A DNA stretch of 38,559 nt from positions 1-38,559 of the forward strand of contig JANLHH010000054.1 in assembly GCA_024654605.1 (NCBI GenBank), written 5' to 3'. Numbering within the stretch: the first letter of the stretch is position 1; the number at the start of each line of letters is the position of its first letter. The notes under the pieces were generated by a model that saw only the letters and a list, made by a program, of their open reading frames with translations, did not search any database and was not told the origin of the DNA. Positions 8,923 through 17,463 of the stretch are shown here, piece by piece. Source of the DNA: Patescibacteria group bacterium. Lineage in GTDB: Bacteria > Patescibacteriota > Minisyncoccia > Phycocordibacterales > JANLHH01. The position numbers and the translations under genes were made by a program.

Positions 8923-9798
8923 TTAAAATGGATTTTTTGCGCCACGAACCTCAAAGTGCAAGTGTGATCCTGTTGATTTTCCGGTTGATCCGATGTAACC
9001 GATAATCTGTCCTTGCACCACATGCGCTCCTTCGCTCACGATATTCTTGCTGTTATGCGCATAGAGTGTTTGCGTTCCGTTGGGATGACTGATGACGATA
9101 TATGTTCCATATCCTCCATTCCACCCTCCGCTACGACTGATGATCACATCACCCGTAGCTGAAGCAAGAATGGGTGTACCAACCGGCGCGGCAAGGTCAA
9201 CGCCATTATATCCGTGCAATCCTTGTGTTTTTGTGCCACCGACAACAGGACGAAGGTAGTATCCGCTGTAAGAGGGAGTGTTGGTACCACGCACGGCAGT
9301 CTTTGTGGTAGATGTCTTTGGTGTTTCAATCTCTCCATCGGGAATCACCACCACATCACCAACCGCAAGCGCTTCTCCCTCCGTAAGGCCGTTAAACCCG
9401 ATCACTTCGTCCATGTCACCTTTGTATTTTCCCACGATACCTTTAAGCGTATCTCCTTTTAAGACAGTGTGTCGTATGCCAGAAATAGGGAGAATAACGA
9501 GAGTTTGGCCTTCCGAAACCAAGCTACCCCGCTTGATGTCGTTTGCCCAAATGATAGTGTTAGTCGTCACGCCAAACATTTTAGCAATCTGGGAAAGCGA
9601 ATCTCCTTCACGCACCACATATAAGCTGATCTGGTCAGATGTTGTTGAGTTATCCTCAATGTCCGCCAGTGTCCCCGAAGGGCCGGCATCAGGCAAAAGG
9701 GCGGTACCGCCTACAATTGTAATATCACCTCCTCCTTTTGCGGGATTAGGGTCAAAGTTTGAGGCAGCTTGCAGTAAGGCCATATTTTGTGAGTTCAC
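8923..9798 (-). CDS. Peptidoglycan hydrolase with two LysM domains and an M23 (LytM-type) metallopeptidase
   Basis: LysM repeats are YVVREGDSLSQIAKMFGV... and HTVLKGDTLKGIVGKY.... M23 motifs are HGYNGVDLAAP (HxxxD) and GSHLHFEV (HxH). The in-frame upstream sequence (to 10062) encodes a TM anchor but has no ATG, GTG or TTG, so the true 5' end is unresolved. Confidence 0.85.
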   Translation of the reverse strand: MNSQNMALLQAASNFDPNPAKGGGDITIVGGTALLPDAGPSGTLADIEDNSTTSDQISLYVVREGDSLSQIAKMFGVTTNTIIWANDIKRGSLVSEGQTLVILPISGIRHTVLKGDTLKGIVGKYKGDMDEVIGFNGLTEGEALAVGDVVVIPDGEIETPKTSTTKTAVRGTNTPSYSGYYLRPVVGGTKTQGLHGYNGVDLAAPVGTPILASATGDVIISRSGGWNGGYGTYIVISHPNGTQTLYAHNSKNIVSEGAHVVQGQIIGYIGSTGKSTGSHLHFEVRGAKNPF

Positions 9799-10341
9799 TT
9801 CTTTATCTTCTCTCCACTCCGAGGTGTTCTTCTCAAAAATACCACCAACAAAAGAGAAAAAGCCGGCATTAACACCTACGGGAGTTGTAACCGCAAAAAG
9901 AGCAAAAACTACAGCAAAAAAGAGCTTTTTTGAAGTAAGCTTAATAAATGAAGTGCGTATTGTCGTCTGGCCACGGGAATCACGAATTAAGCCAGAGTCT
10001 TGTTGTTTAGATAAAATAAGCCTATTTTTAGGGGTATCACTCTTTTGCCGTACGGGTTCAGCTTATTTGTGGCTTAACAAGGCCGTTTTGGGTAGGTTTG
10101 TTAAGTAAGACAAGCCAAAAGATCATTCTGTCATTTCCATCCGTTATTAACAATTATACCTGGCTTTGAGTACTGTTCGCAATACCTCATGTGGATAACC
10201 GTGATTCAAGATATGGCTTAAAAAAACGTTATTTTATTCTCATTACTCTTCACAATTTGATAATTTTATGGGGAAATACAAAAAAGAGCTTTCTTTGAGG
10301 CGTACCCAACTTAAAAAATGCCGGGAAATATCAGCTTTTCT

Positions 10342-10369
10342 TTGAACATCAGTGAAATATTGCTATATT
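10342..10369 (+). promoter_or_regulatory. Sigma70-type promoter (TTGAAC-16 nt-TATATT, TG-extended) giving a leaderless helicase mRNA
   Basis: TTGAAC at 10342-10347 and TGCTATATT at 10361-10369. The ATG at 10376 lies 6 nt downstream of the -10. Confidence 0.6.
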
Positions 10370-10375
10370 AAACGA

Positions 10376-12322
10376 ATGACTGATCATCTCGAAGGGCTTA
10401 ATGTCGCCCAAAAGGAAACTGTTCTCCATAAAGAAGGCCCTCTTCTTATTGTCGCCGGTGCCGGTGCCGGAAAAACCAAAGCGATTACCCATAGAATCCT
10501 CAATTTGATCAAAACAGGCGTTGCGCCGCGAAATATCCTTGCCATAACCTTCACTAATAAGGCGGCAAAAGAAATGCGTGATCGTATCATGCGGCTCATA
10601 GGGGACGACGCGGAATTAAACCTCCCCGTCACATTTGCCGAACGACCCTTTGTGAGCACGTTTCACGCGCTCGGAGTTCACATCGTTCGGGAGAACAGCT
10701 TGGCGCTTGGCATCCCGAAACACTTCACTATTGCCGATGAAGGAGATGCGCAGGTACTTATGAAAGAGGCGATTATATCTCTTTCTCTTGACCCCAAGCA
10801 GTTTGAGCCAAAACGACTCAAGAATGTCATCTCCAGACAAAAAGGGGATCTCGTAACGGCAGAGAAATATGCCGGGGAGGTCGGCAACGAATACTTTCCG
10901 CGGATCGTATCTTCCGTGTGGCTTGCGTATGAAAAACTTCTCAGAGAACATGGAAGTCTTGATTTTGATGATCTTATTTTAAAAGCAGTTCTTCTTCTTA
11001 AGCGAAATGAGGAAGTACGCACGCACTACCAGAATCTTTGGCAATACATTCACATTGACGAGTATCAAGATACGAATGTTTCTCAGTATGAATTTTCAAA
11101 ACTTCTGGCAGGCGAGAGGAAAAACATTTGTGTGGTCGGCGACATGGATCAAAGCATCTATTCGTGGCGAGGAGCGGACTTTCGCAATATTTTGAATTTT
11201 GAAAAAGATTACCCCGAAGCAAAAGTGGTGCTCCTGGAAGAAAATTATCGTTCAACGGCAAACATTCTCACGGCGGCAAACGACATCATCAAGAAAAATA
11301 AAATACGCAAGGAAAAAAATTTGTTTACAAAAAAAGAAGGCGGAGAAAAGATCGGACTCTACAGCGCGTACGATGAGAACGATGAAGCGTTTTTTGTCGC
11401 TGGCAAAACGACCGAACTCATTAGTAAGGGTGTTTCTCCCAAAGATATCGCTGTTCTCTATCGCGCCAATTTCCAATCGCGCGTACTAGAGGAAGCATTT
11501 CTCTCTCACCAGATTCCTTATCAAGTGCTTGGTGTCAAATTTTTTGAACGCAAAGAAGTGAAAGACGTGCTCTCGTTCCTCCGCTGCGCACTCAATCAAG
11601 AGAGTTTGGCGAACATTAAACGGATCATCAATGTTCCCCCGCGCGGCATCGGCAAGGTGACCCTCCTTAAAATGTTCGCGGGGGAAGAGGCGACATTGCC
11701 CGCAGGCACGCAGAAAAAAGTTTCAGAATTCAGAGGGATGCTTGAAGAGATCAGGGAATACGCACTCAAAGAAAAAACATCGGAGACGGTGAAATTCATC
11801 ATGAGCCGCTCCGGTATTGAAGCCATACTGAAGAAGGGAACCGAAGACGACAAAGAACGTTTGGAAAACATTAAAGAGCTCGTAACGCTCGCGACCAAGT
11901 ATGATGCGCTAGAGCCTGAAGAAGGCGTCAGTAAACTTTTGGAGGACGCGGCTCTTGCATCCGATCAAGATTCACTCGCCATAAACACAAAAAAAGAAGA
12001 GGACGCGGTACGACTCATGACGGTGCACGCGTCAAAAGGACTTGAGTTTCCGTATGTGTTCATCACGGGACTAGAGCAAGATCTCTTCCCGCACGGAGGA
12101 TTCGGGAATGCCGCTGACGGAGAAGATCGCGCGGAAGAAGAGCGGCGTCTTTTTTATGTCGCGCTCACGCGCGCGGAAAAAAAATGCTATTTAACATACG
12201 CGAGTGTGCGTACGATCTTCGGTAGTAAACAAGTCAATGCGCCGTCGGAATTCATTATTGATATTGATGCGGAATTAATTGAAGATGAGCAGACGGCAGT
12301 GCCAACAATCTCTCTTGATTAA
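10376..12322 (+). CDS. pcrA: ATP-dependent DNA helicase, UvrD/PcrA/Rep (SF1A) family
   Basis: Motifs present: LNVAQKE..PLLIVAGAGAGKT (motif I), DEYQDTN (motif II), the YRS...I region, and VRLMTVHASKGLEF and LFYVALTRA (motifs V/VI). I chose the ATG at 10376 because the track's GTG at 10352 falls inside the predicted promoter. Confidence 0.9.
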   Translation: MTDHLEGLNVAQKETVLHKEGPLLIVAGAGAGKTKAITHRILNLIKTGVAPRNILAITFTNKAAKEMRDRIMRLIGDDAELNLPVTFAERPFVSTFHALGVHIVRENSLALGIPKHFTIADEGDAQVLMKEAIISLSLDPKQFEPKRLKNVISRQKGDLVTAEKYAGEVGNEYFPRIVSSVWLAYEKLLREHGSLDFDDLILKAVLLLKRNEEVRTHYQNLWQYIHIDEYQDTNVSQYEFSKLLAGERKNICVVGDMDQSIYSWRGADFRNILNFEKDYPEAKVVLLEENYRSTANILTAANDIIKKNKIRKEKNLFTKKEGGEKIGLYSAYDENDEAFFVAGKTTELISKGVSPKDIAVLYRANFQSRVLEEAFLSHQIPYQVLGVKFFERKEVKDVLSFLRCALNQESLANIKRIINVPPRGIGKVTLLKMFAGEEATLPAGTQKKVSEFRGMLEEIREYALKEKTSETVKFIMSRSGIEAILKKGTEDDKERLENIKELVTLATKYDALEPEEGVSKLLEDAALASDQDSLAINTKKEEDAVRLMTVHASKGLEFPYVFITGLEQDLFPHGGFGNAADGEDRAEEERRLFYVALTRAEKKCYLTYASVRTIFGSKQVNAPSEFIIDIDAELIEDEQTAVPTISLD

Positions 12323-12327
12323 CCAAT

Positions 12328-13098
12328 ATGCGTATGCGGGCAAAAAAATCATTGGGACAACATTTCTTGAAGTCAAAACACGTGGTGTCTTTGATTGTTT
12401 CGACTGCAAATATCTCCGCGACTGATACGATTCTTGAAGTTGGTCCGGGGAAGGGTGTGCTGACCGAGGCGCTTCTTGAAAAGGCGGCGCGAGTAATCGC
12501 GATTGAAAAAGACGACCGCCTTATTTCTTTTCTTGAAGAAAAATTTGCCGCTGAAATAAAAACGGGGAAACTGGTGCTCGTTCACGAGGATGTTCTCTCT
12601 TTTGATCCCGGAGAAGCAGGTTTAGGAAACGGAAAATATAAAGTAGTCGCCAATATTCCCTACTACATCACCGGGCAGTTATTCAGGTTATTCCTGGAAT
12701 CCTCTGTTCAACCATCTCTTATGGTATTGCTGATCCAAAAAGAAGTGGCGATGCGCATCGCGGCAAAGGACAAAAAAGAAAGTCTTCTTTCCATCAGTGT
12801 CAAAATCTATGGAGTACCGCGTTATGTGAAGAGCGTGCCCGCTCGCTATTTTTCTCCAGTGCCGCGAGTGGATTCCGCAATCCTGTCGGTGGAACATATC
12901 GCTTCCCCGTTCCGAAGAGATACAGAGTGTGAAAAGTTTTTTGCTCTCGCACGAAAAGGCTTCGCGCATAAGCGAAAATTATTGAGAGGCAACCTTGGGT
13001 GCGAAACGAAAATCTTTGAAACGTGTAATATACAAGAAAAGGCGCGCGCGGAAAATCTTACGGTGGGAAATTGGCTATGCTTAAACAAACATCTTTAA
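12328..13098 (+). CDS. rsmA: 16S rRNA (adenine1518/1519-N6)-dimethyltransferase
   Basis: KKSLGQHFL, the SAM-binding ILEVGPGKGVLT and NIPYYIT motifs are present. Confidence 0.92.
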   Translation: MRMRAKKSLGQHFLKSKHVVSLIVSTANISATDTILEVGPGKGVLTEALLEKAARVIAIEKDDRLISFLEEKFAAEIKTGKLVLVHEDVLSFDPGEAGLGNGKYKVVANIPYYITGQLFRLFLESSVQPSLMVLLIQKEVAMRIAAKDKKESLLSISVKIYGVPRYVKSVPARYFSPVPRVDSAILSVEHIASPFRRDTECEKFFALARKGFAHKRKLLRGNLGCETKIFETCNIQEKARAENLTVGNWLCLNKHL

Positions 13099-13589
13099 AA
13101 CACTACTCTTCCTTCTTTCTACTCTTTGCTCTTATGTTCGTTTTCCTGTTTTTTGCCGCATACAAGAGTGAGGACAGAGTTTCGGACCTGGTGGTTCCCG
13201 TTTCGTCTGAAACAACACTAAGGTCTTCTGCTGTTTTCGTGGGAGAAACGGAAGTTTTTGTGGAGGTTTCCGACACGTCCGAAAAACGGGCGAGGGGACT
13301 CTCGGGAAAAGAATCTCTCGAAGAGAACGAGGGTATGTTATTTATTTTTGAGGAGTCCGCCGCGTATTCTTTTTGGATGAAAGAGATGCATTTCCCTATA
13401 GACATCATCTGGATCGATGAAACTTTTCGCGTCGCGGACGTCACCCAGAACGCCACACCCGAATCGTTTCCCGACACCTTCAGCCCCGGAACACCTGTTC
13501 GCTATGTTCTTGAAGTGTCCGCGGGTTTTGTAAAAAAACACAACATTACCAAAGGGAGGCAGGTGGTATTTTCTCTCGCAGAAAATTAA
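13077..13589 (+). CDS. DUF192-family protein with an N-terminal membrane anchor
   Basis: ARGLSG...EGMLFIF....FWMKEMHFPIDIIWID is the DUF192 pattern. There is an N-terminal TM helix, and the ATG at 13077 overlaps the rsmA end. Confidence 0.8.
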   Translation: MLKQTSLKHYSSFFLLFALMFVFLFFAAYKSEDRVSDLVVPVSSETTLRSSAVFVGETEVFVEVSDTSEKRARGLSGKESLEENEGMLFIFEESAAYSFWMKEMHFPIDIIWIDETFRVADVTQNATPESFPDTFSPGTPVRYVLEVSAGFVKKHNITKGRQVVFSLAEN

Positions 13590-13603
13590 ATCTGCTCTCA
13601 AAT

Positions 13604-13641
13604 AAAAAGAGGCATTCCACTAAAGTGGAATGCCTCTTTTT
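13604..13641. terminator. Bidirectional rho-independent terminator
   Basis: AAAAAGAGGCATTCCAC-taaa-GTGGAATGCCTCTTTTT. Confidence 0.8.
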
Positions 13642-13658
13642 ATTTTTTGTTTACTTTT

Positions 13659-14654
13659 TTAATTCTTTGAGGTTCCGATACTCGTAGCAGTCCCGTCATC
13701 AGGAGATTCTGATTCTTCACATTCACTGGCAATCGTAAAGCATGTTCCCCCGGACTGATAGAGCCCGACAACTGATTGTCCTGTGCCGGTCGTATTATAT
13801 TCACTGTATATCTGCGTACCAACCGCCTCCCCGACCAGTATCTGCGCTCCGTTCGGATCACCAACCGTAATAATGGAACTTCCGTCGCAACATTGATGAT
13901 CAATACTTTCTACTTTGCCGCCGAATGATTTTTTTTCTCCCTGACCGCCACCGCCGATTCCACCCGGCGGAGGACCGCCAATCGGCTCACAACTGGTAGT
14001 CTTGGAAAAAAACTCTTTAAACCCGGGACATCCTTCAGAGAAAAGATTGTTGGTGACGGGACAATTACCGGGCTCTTGCAGATATATATCGTCATCCGTA
14101 CAACCTTTTTTCCATTCCTTATAGAACTGGCTTATCGTGGGACCGGAAGGTTGGTATTGGGGACAGTATGCTTCAATATACTTAGCAAGCTGGAGTAAAA
14201 CAAGATTGCTCAAAGTCTCTCCGTCCGAGCCTAAACACTGAACGACATCACCCGGAAACGGTGGGGGGCCGGACGGTGGGGCCTGTATTTCGCCGGCAGC
14301 ATAAGGTTCTAATGTGCCACTTTTTTCTAATGTATTCGTAATGCCGGATGTAATGCCTGATATTGCGTCAAGGATAAAATTACCAGTCGTCTTCTTTTCC
14401 ATCTTTTTCTCTCCAAAATAGGGAGTGAGTGTCTGTCTTCCCGTGCCGCCACTGCTTTCCCTAAACGGAACTCTCACTATCTCTTCTTCTGGTAAAGCAA
14501 ACTCGTCAAATGCTGTTTTTTGGGGGATCGATTCGGATGCAAGAAAAAGAACGCCGCCCGTGAAAACAACTGCAACGATGACCACTATTATTTTGTTCAA
14601 AATCAAGCCCATGATATGCGCCTTGCTGCCTGTCTTAGTTTTATTATACAGCAT
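13659..14654 (-). CDS. Membrane-anchored extracytoplasmic Cys-rich protein, no recognisable family
   Basis: It has an N-terminal TM helix (LILNKIIVVIVAVVFTGGVLFLA). There are 10 Cys, all in the C-terminal region of about 200 aa, plus a Pro/Gly tract (GGPPPGGIGGGGQG). The start is at 14654 or the internal ATG at 14612. Confidence 0.7.
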   Translation of the reverse strand: MLYNKTKTGSKAHIMGLILNKIIVVIVAVVFTGGVLFLASESIPQKTAFDEFALPEEEIVRVPFRESSGGTGRQTLTPYFGEKKMEKKTTGNFILDAISGITSGITNTLEKSGTLEPYAAGEIQAPPSGPPPFPGDVVQCLGSDGETLSNLVLLQLAKYIEAYCPQYQPSGPTISQFYKEWKKGCTDDDIYLQEPGNCPVTNNLFSEGCPGFKEFFSKTTSCEPIGGPPPGGIGGGGQGEKKSFGGKVESIDHQCCDGSSIITVGDPNGAQILVGEAVGTQIYSEYNTTGTGQSVVGLYQSGGTCFTIASECEESESPDDGTATSIGTSKN

Positions 14655-14698
14655 TATCCACAGCGCTCAATGTTTTTCTGTATTAAAAAGTTCTCATT

Positions 14699-14707
14699 TG
14701 CTATACT
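14699..14707 (+). promoter_or_regulatory. Extended -10 element (TGCTATACT) upstream of the 14726 operon
   Basis: This is the same TGCTAT-type motif seen before other genes. It lies 19 nt before the ATG at 14726, in a divergent intergenic region. Confidence 0.45.
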
Positions 14708-14725
14708 TGTTAAAAGAACCCTCAT

Positions 14726-15718
14726 ATGCACCATTATTTGCCGAGCAAAAAATTACTACTCATGATACTCTCCGTCGTATTGGTGGGAGGGGGGGTGTTT
14801 TGGGTAGCGAGCATTGGAAAGAACAAGTCTCAAAATTCTTCGTTCGCTAGAGAATCAGTAAAGGTTACCGACCTTGCTCTGTCCTATACTGAACAAGATA
14901 TTGATGGGGATGGACTTAAAGATTGGGAAGAATCACTCTGGGGGACCGATGTGAAAAATCCCGATACTGATGGGGATGGAACGTCTGACGGCGATGAAGT
15001 GGCGGCAAAAAGGGATCCGAATATTGCGGGACCAGATGATGTGTATGTGGAACAAGATATTCAAACAAAAACAGAGGGTCAAGTAACGTCAACCGAAGAC
15101 TTGTCACAAACAGCGCTTTTGGCACGAGAGTATTTCGCAACCATTATAAACCTCAAAGAAAGCGGGAATTTCAACGCAGAGACAGTGTCTCAACTTTCAG
15201 AATCACTCGTTCAAAATTTCGCGGGAGAAAACAGTATCGGTGCAAAGCGGAGCAAATCGGACCTATTTCTTACGGAAGACAATAGCACCGAATCTCTCCG
15301 TACGTACGGCAACACAATGGGTACTATTGTAAAAAAATACGCGGGATACAATTTGCCGAACGAACTCGTGGTAGTAGCCGACGCGCTTGAGACGCAAGAC
15401 GAGAGTAAGTTAAAGAAACTTGATCGCAGTATAGAGGTCCACAAAGCTCTCATTGCGGAGTTTACTGCCGTTCGTGTTCCTTTGGATGCCGCAAATATTC
15501 ACCTCGCGCTCATCAACACCTATATTGCAACCGAACAATCAATTGAACAAATGAATACCATGTTTGCGGATCCTCTCGTGGGAATGCTCGGCATAAACTC
15601 CTATACCACACACACCGAATCGTTGGACAAAATATTTGCTGACTTAAGATCGTATTTCCCCTCCCGAGGCGTTTTCTTTGAAAAGAAAGAGTCGGGATAC
15701 GTATTCGCCGCAAGATAA
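14726..15718 (+). CDS. Membrane-anchored protein with thrombospondin-type-3-like Ca-binding repeats
   Basis: N-terminal TM helix (LLLMILSVVLVGGGVFWV). It is followed by DIDGDGLKDWEE..NPDTDGDGTSDGDE (DxDxDG repeats), with the rest helical and of unknown family. Confidence 0.7.
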   Translation: MHHYLPSKKLLLMILSVVLVGGGVFWVASIGKNKSQNSSFARESVKVTDLALSYTEQDIDGDGLKDWEESLWGTDVKNPDTDGDGTSDGDEVAAKRDPNIAGPDDVYVEQDIQTKTEGQVTSTEDLSQTALLAREYFATIINLKESGNFNAETVSQLSESLVQNFAGENSIGAKRSKSDLFLTEDNSTESLRTYGNTMGTIVKKYAGYNLPNELVVVADALETQDESKLKKLDRSIEVHKALIAEFTAVRVPLDAANIHLALINTYIATEQSIEQMNTMFADPLVGMLGINSYTTHTESLDKIFADLRSYFPSRGVFFEKKESGYVFAAR

Positions 15719-15723
15719 ACACT

Positions 15724-17259
15724 ATGCATTTTTTTAAACCACACAGTATTATAGCCATACTTCTCTTAGTTTCATTCCTCGGAGCTCCTCTTTTTTTCTT
15801 AAAACCTCCTCCCACGCATGCTGCCAGTTTTTGTGGAGTTAATATCAATATAGGTGGATCATCAAGCGGTATAGGGGGATCGGGAAATGATGAAGTTCCC
15901 GTGAAAGAGAAGGAACAGAGGAGTAAAGAATCCTTAGGGGATTGCCTCGTTAGCATAGCGGCAAAAATAGCGGCAAAAATACTCACCCAATCAATCCTTG
16001 ATTGGATAAATTCCGGTTTCAAAGGACAACCAACATTTGTGCAAGATCCGAAAAAGTTTCTTGGCGATGTCGCCAATGAAGTATCGGGAGCATTCATCGC
16101 CGAAGTCGGACTCTCCGCGCTCTGTACTCCGTTTAGGCCGCAAATACAAATCGCTTTATATGGTATCCAAACATACTACCAAAGATCACAATGTACTCTA
16201 GGAGATGTGGTTGACAATCTGCAATCATTTTACGACGACTTCAACGCCGGCGGATGGACAGCGTGGATTAGTACGGTTCAACAACCACAGAACAACCCCT
16301 ATGGAGCCTACTTTATAAGTCTTCAGGAGCAACAGTTGCGTATATTGGAAGCAAAACAAAATGCCCGCGATGACGCCAGTCAGTCGGGAGGATTTCTTAG
16401 TATCTATGAATGCAGCCGCATGGACCCTTTTTATGGCGATCCGGATTTTCCTAATTACGAAACTCCCTACCATGAGGGCGGCATAAAAGGTTGTGAAAGT
16501 GCATCAAAAACAACTCCCGGTAGAACTATTGCGGGGCAAGCAGACTTTGCTTTAAGTATTGGTGGTAGGCAACTCATTGAAGCAGATGAATTAAATGAGA
16601 TGATCGGCGTAATAGCTGATGCGTTTATCAGCCAACTTATTAAACAAGGATTAAGTAGCTTGAATGAACGTGATAATCCGGATCTTTTTGAAGATCCTTC
16701 TATCGCAATCAAAGCTCAGTTAGAAGCGGATCTAGCTGACGCCATTGCAGCTACGGAGGCATATCTTGCCGCACTCACGAGTGGGCGCGATACATTGGAA
16801 GAACTGATACTACTTGCCGACGACAGAATTGCATGTTGGACCGCTGTTGATGCTTACGGGGCTACTCAAGAACCACCGATTGAGCCTCAGTACACCGCTA
16901 CAATCGCAGAAATCCAGGCACGAAAAGTGGAACTCTTAACACTCCTTGAAGAGAGTCCGGCCACCCCCGAGGAGGTCGCCTATGCGACTGATTTATTGGA
17001 CGACTTGCAAAGCACGGACCCGGAGAAAGACCCTCCGAGCATTCGCAGATTGCTTGACTTGGGGGATATCATTACCGCTCTCACTGAATTTGGGAAATTG
17101 GCGGGAGGAATACCTTCGCAAGAAATGATAGACGCCGTGGCGGCACAATCGGGGAACTACGAGGGAGAACTTATTGCCGCAAACACGGATCTCTTGGAAT
17201 GCCAAGAGCTACCTGGAGGAACGCCGACCGCAACAAGCACTCCTCCAATCACGCCTTAA
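15724..17259 (+). CDS. Secreted or anchored 511-aa protein, unknown family
   Basis: N-terminal hydrophobic signal or anchor (IIAILLLVSFLGAPLFFL..THAAS). It has 8 Cys, a Gly/Ser tract, a helical acidic C-terminal half and a Pro/Thr tail. It starts 6 nt after the preceding ORF. Confidence 0.7.
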   Translation: MHFFKPHSIIAILLLVSFLGAPLFFLKPPPTHAASFCGVNINIGGSSSGIGGSGNDEVPVKEKEQRSKESLGDCLVSIAAKIAAKILTQSILDWINSGFKGQPTFVQDPKKFLGDVANEVSGAFIAEVGLSALCTPFRPQIQIALYGIQTYYQRSQCTLGDVVDNLQSFYDDFNAGGWTAWISTVQQPQNNPYGAYFISLQEQQLRILEAKQNARDDASQSGGFLSIYECSRMDPFYGDPDFPNYETPYHEGGIKGCESASKTTPGRTIAGQADFALSIGGRQLIEADELNEMIGVIADAFISQLIKQGLSSLNERDNPDLFEDPSIAIKAQLEADLADAIAATEAYLAALTSGRDTLEELILLADDRIACWTAVDAYGATQEPPIEPQYTATIAEIQARKVELLTLLEESPATPEEVAYATDLLDDLQSTDPEKDPPSIRRLLDLGDIITALTEFGKLAGGIPSQEMIDAVAAQSGNYEGELIAANTDLLECQELPGGTPTATSTPPITP

Positions 17260-17273
17260 AGATTTCCGGTTTT

Positions 17274-17312
17274 ACACAGCATGACGCACACGCGTCATGC
17301 TGTGTATTTGTT
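17274..17312 (+). terminator. Rho-independent terminator ending the 14726-17259 unit
   Basis: ACACAGCATGACGC-acac-GCGTCATGCTGTGT followed by ATTTGTTT. Confidence 0.7.
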
Positions 17313-17413
17313 TAACTTTTGTTTATCTTCAGCGTATTTCCTGGCCTCGTAATCCGATATAAGTTCGTGTTACTTATCCTTGTGAGTTAATACCTTTTAT
17401 TCAAAACACATTC

Positions 17414-17422
17414 TGTTATAAT
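17414..17422 (+). promoter_or_regulatory. Extended -10 element (TGTTATAAT) for the VirB6-like operon
   Basis: TGnTATAAT lies 41 nt upstream of the start at 17464. The palindrome AGTGGTtcACCACT (17426-17439) follows immediately. Confidence 0.5.
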
Positions 17423-17463
17423 TAAAGTGGTTCACCACTATTGAACGTCTAATATCATTCATT

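Noticed and set aside
9278-10108. A 276-aa plus-strand ORF overlapping the peptidase gene.
   Set aside because: It lies antisense to a CDS with clear LysM and M23 motifs. Its translation is low-complexity Ser/Pro/Thr-rich with no motifs, so it is a typical shadow ORF.
10352-10375. Upstream alternative start codons offered by the ORF track: GTG at 10352, GTG at 4150, GTG at 24494, TTG at 23446, TTG at 13071 and TTG at 4115.
   Set aside because: Downstream ATGs give canonical protein N-termini (S15 length, signal peptides) or sit just after -10 boxes. The longer versions overlap promoters or upstream genes.
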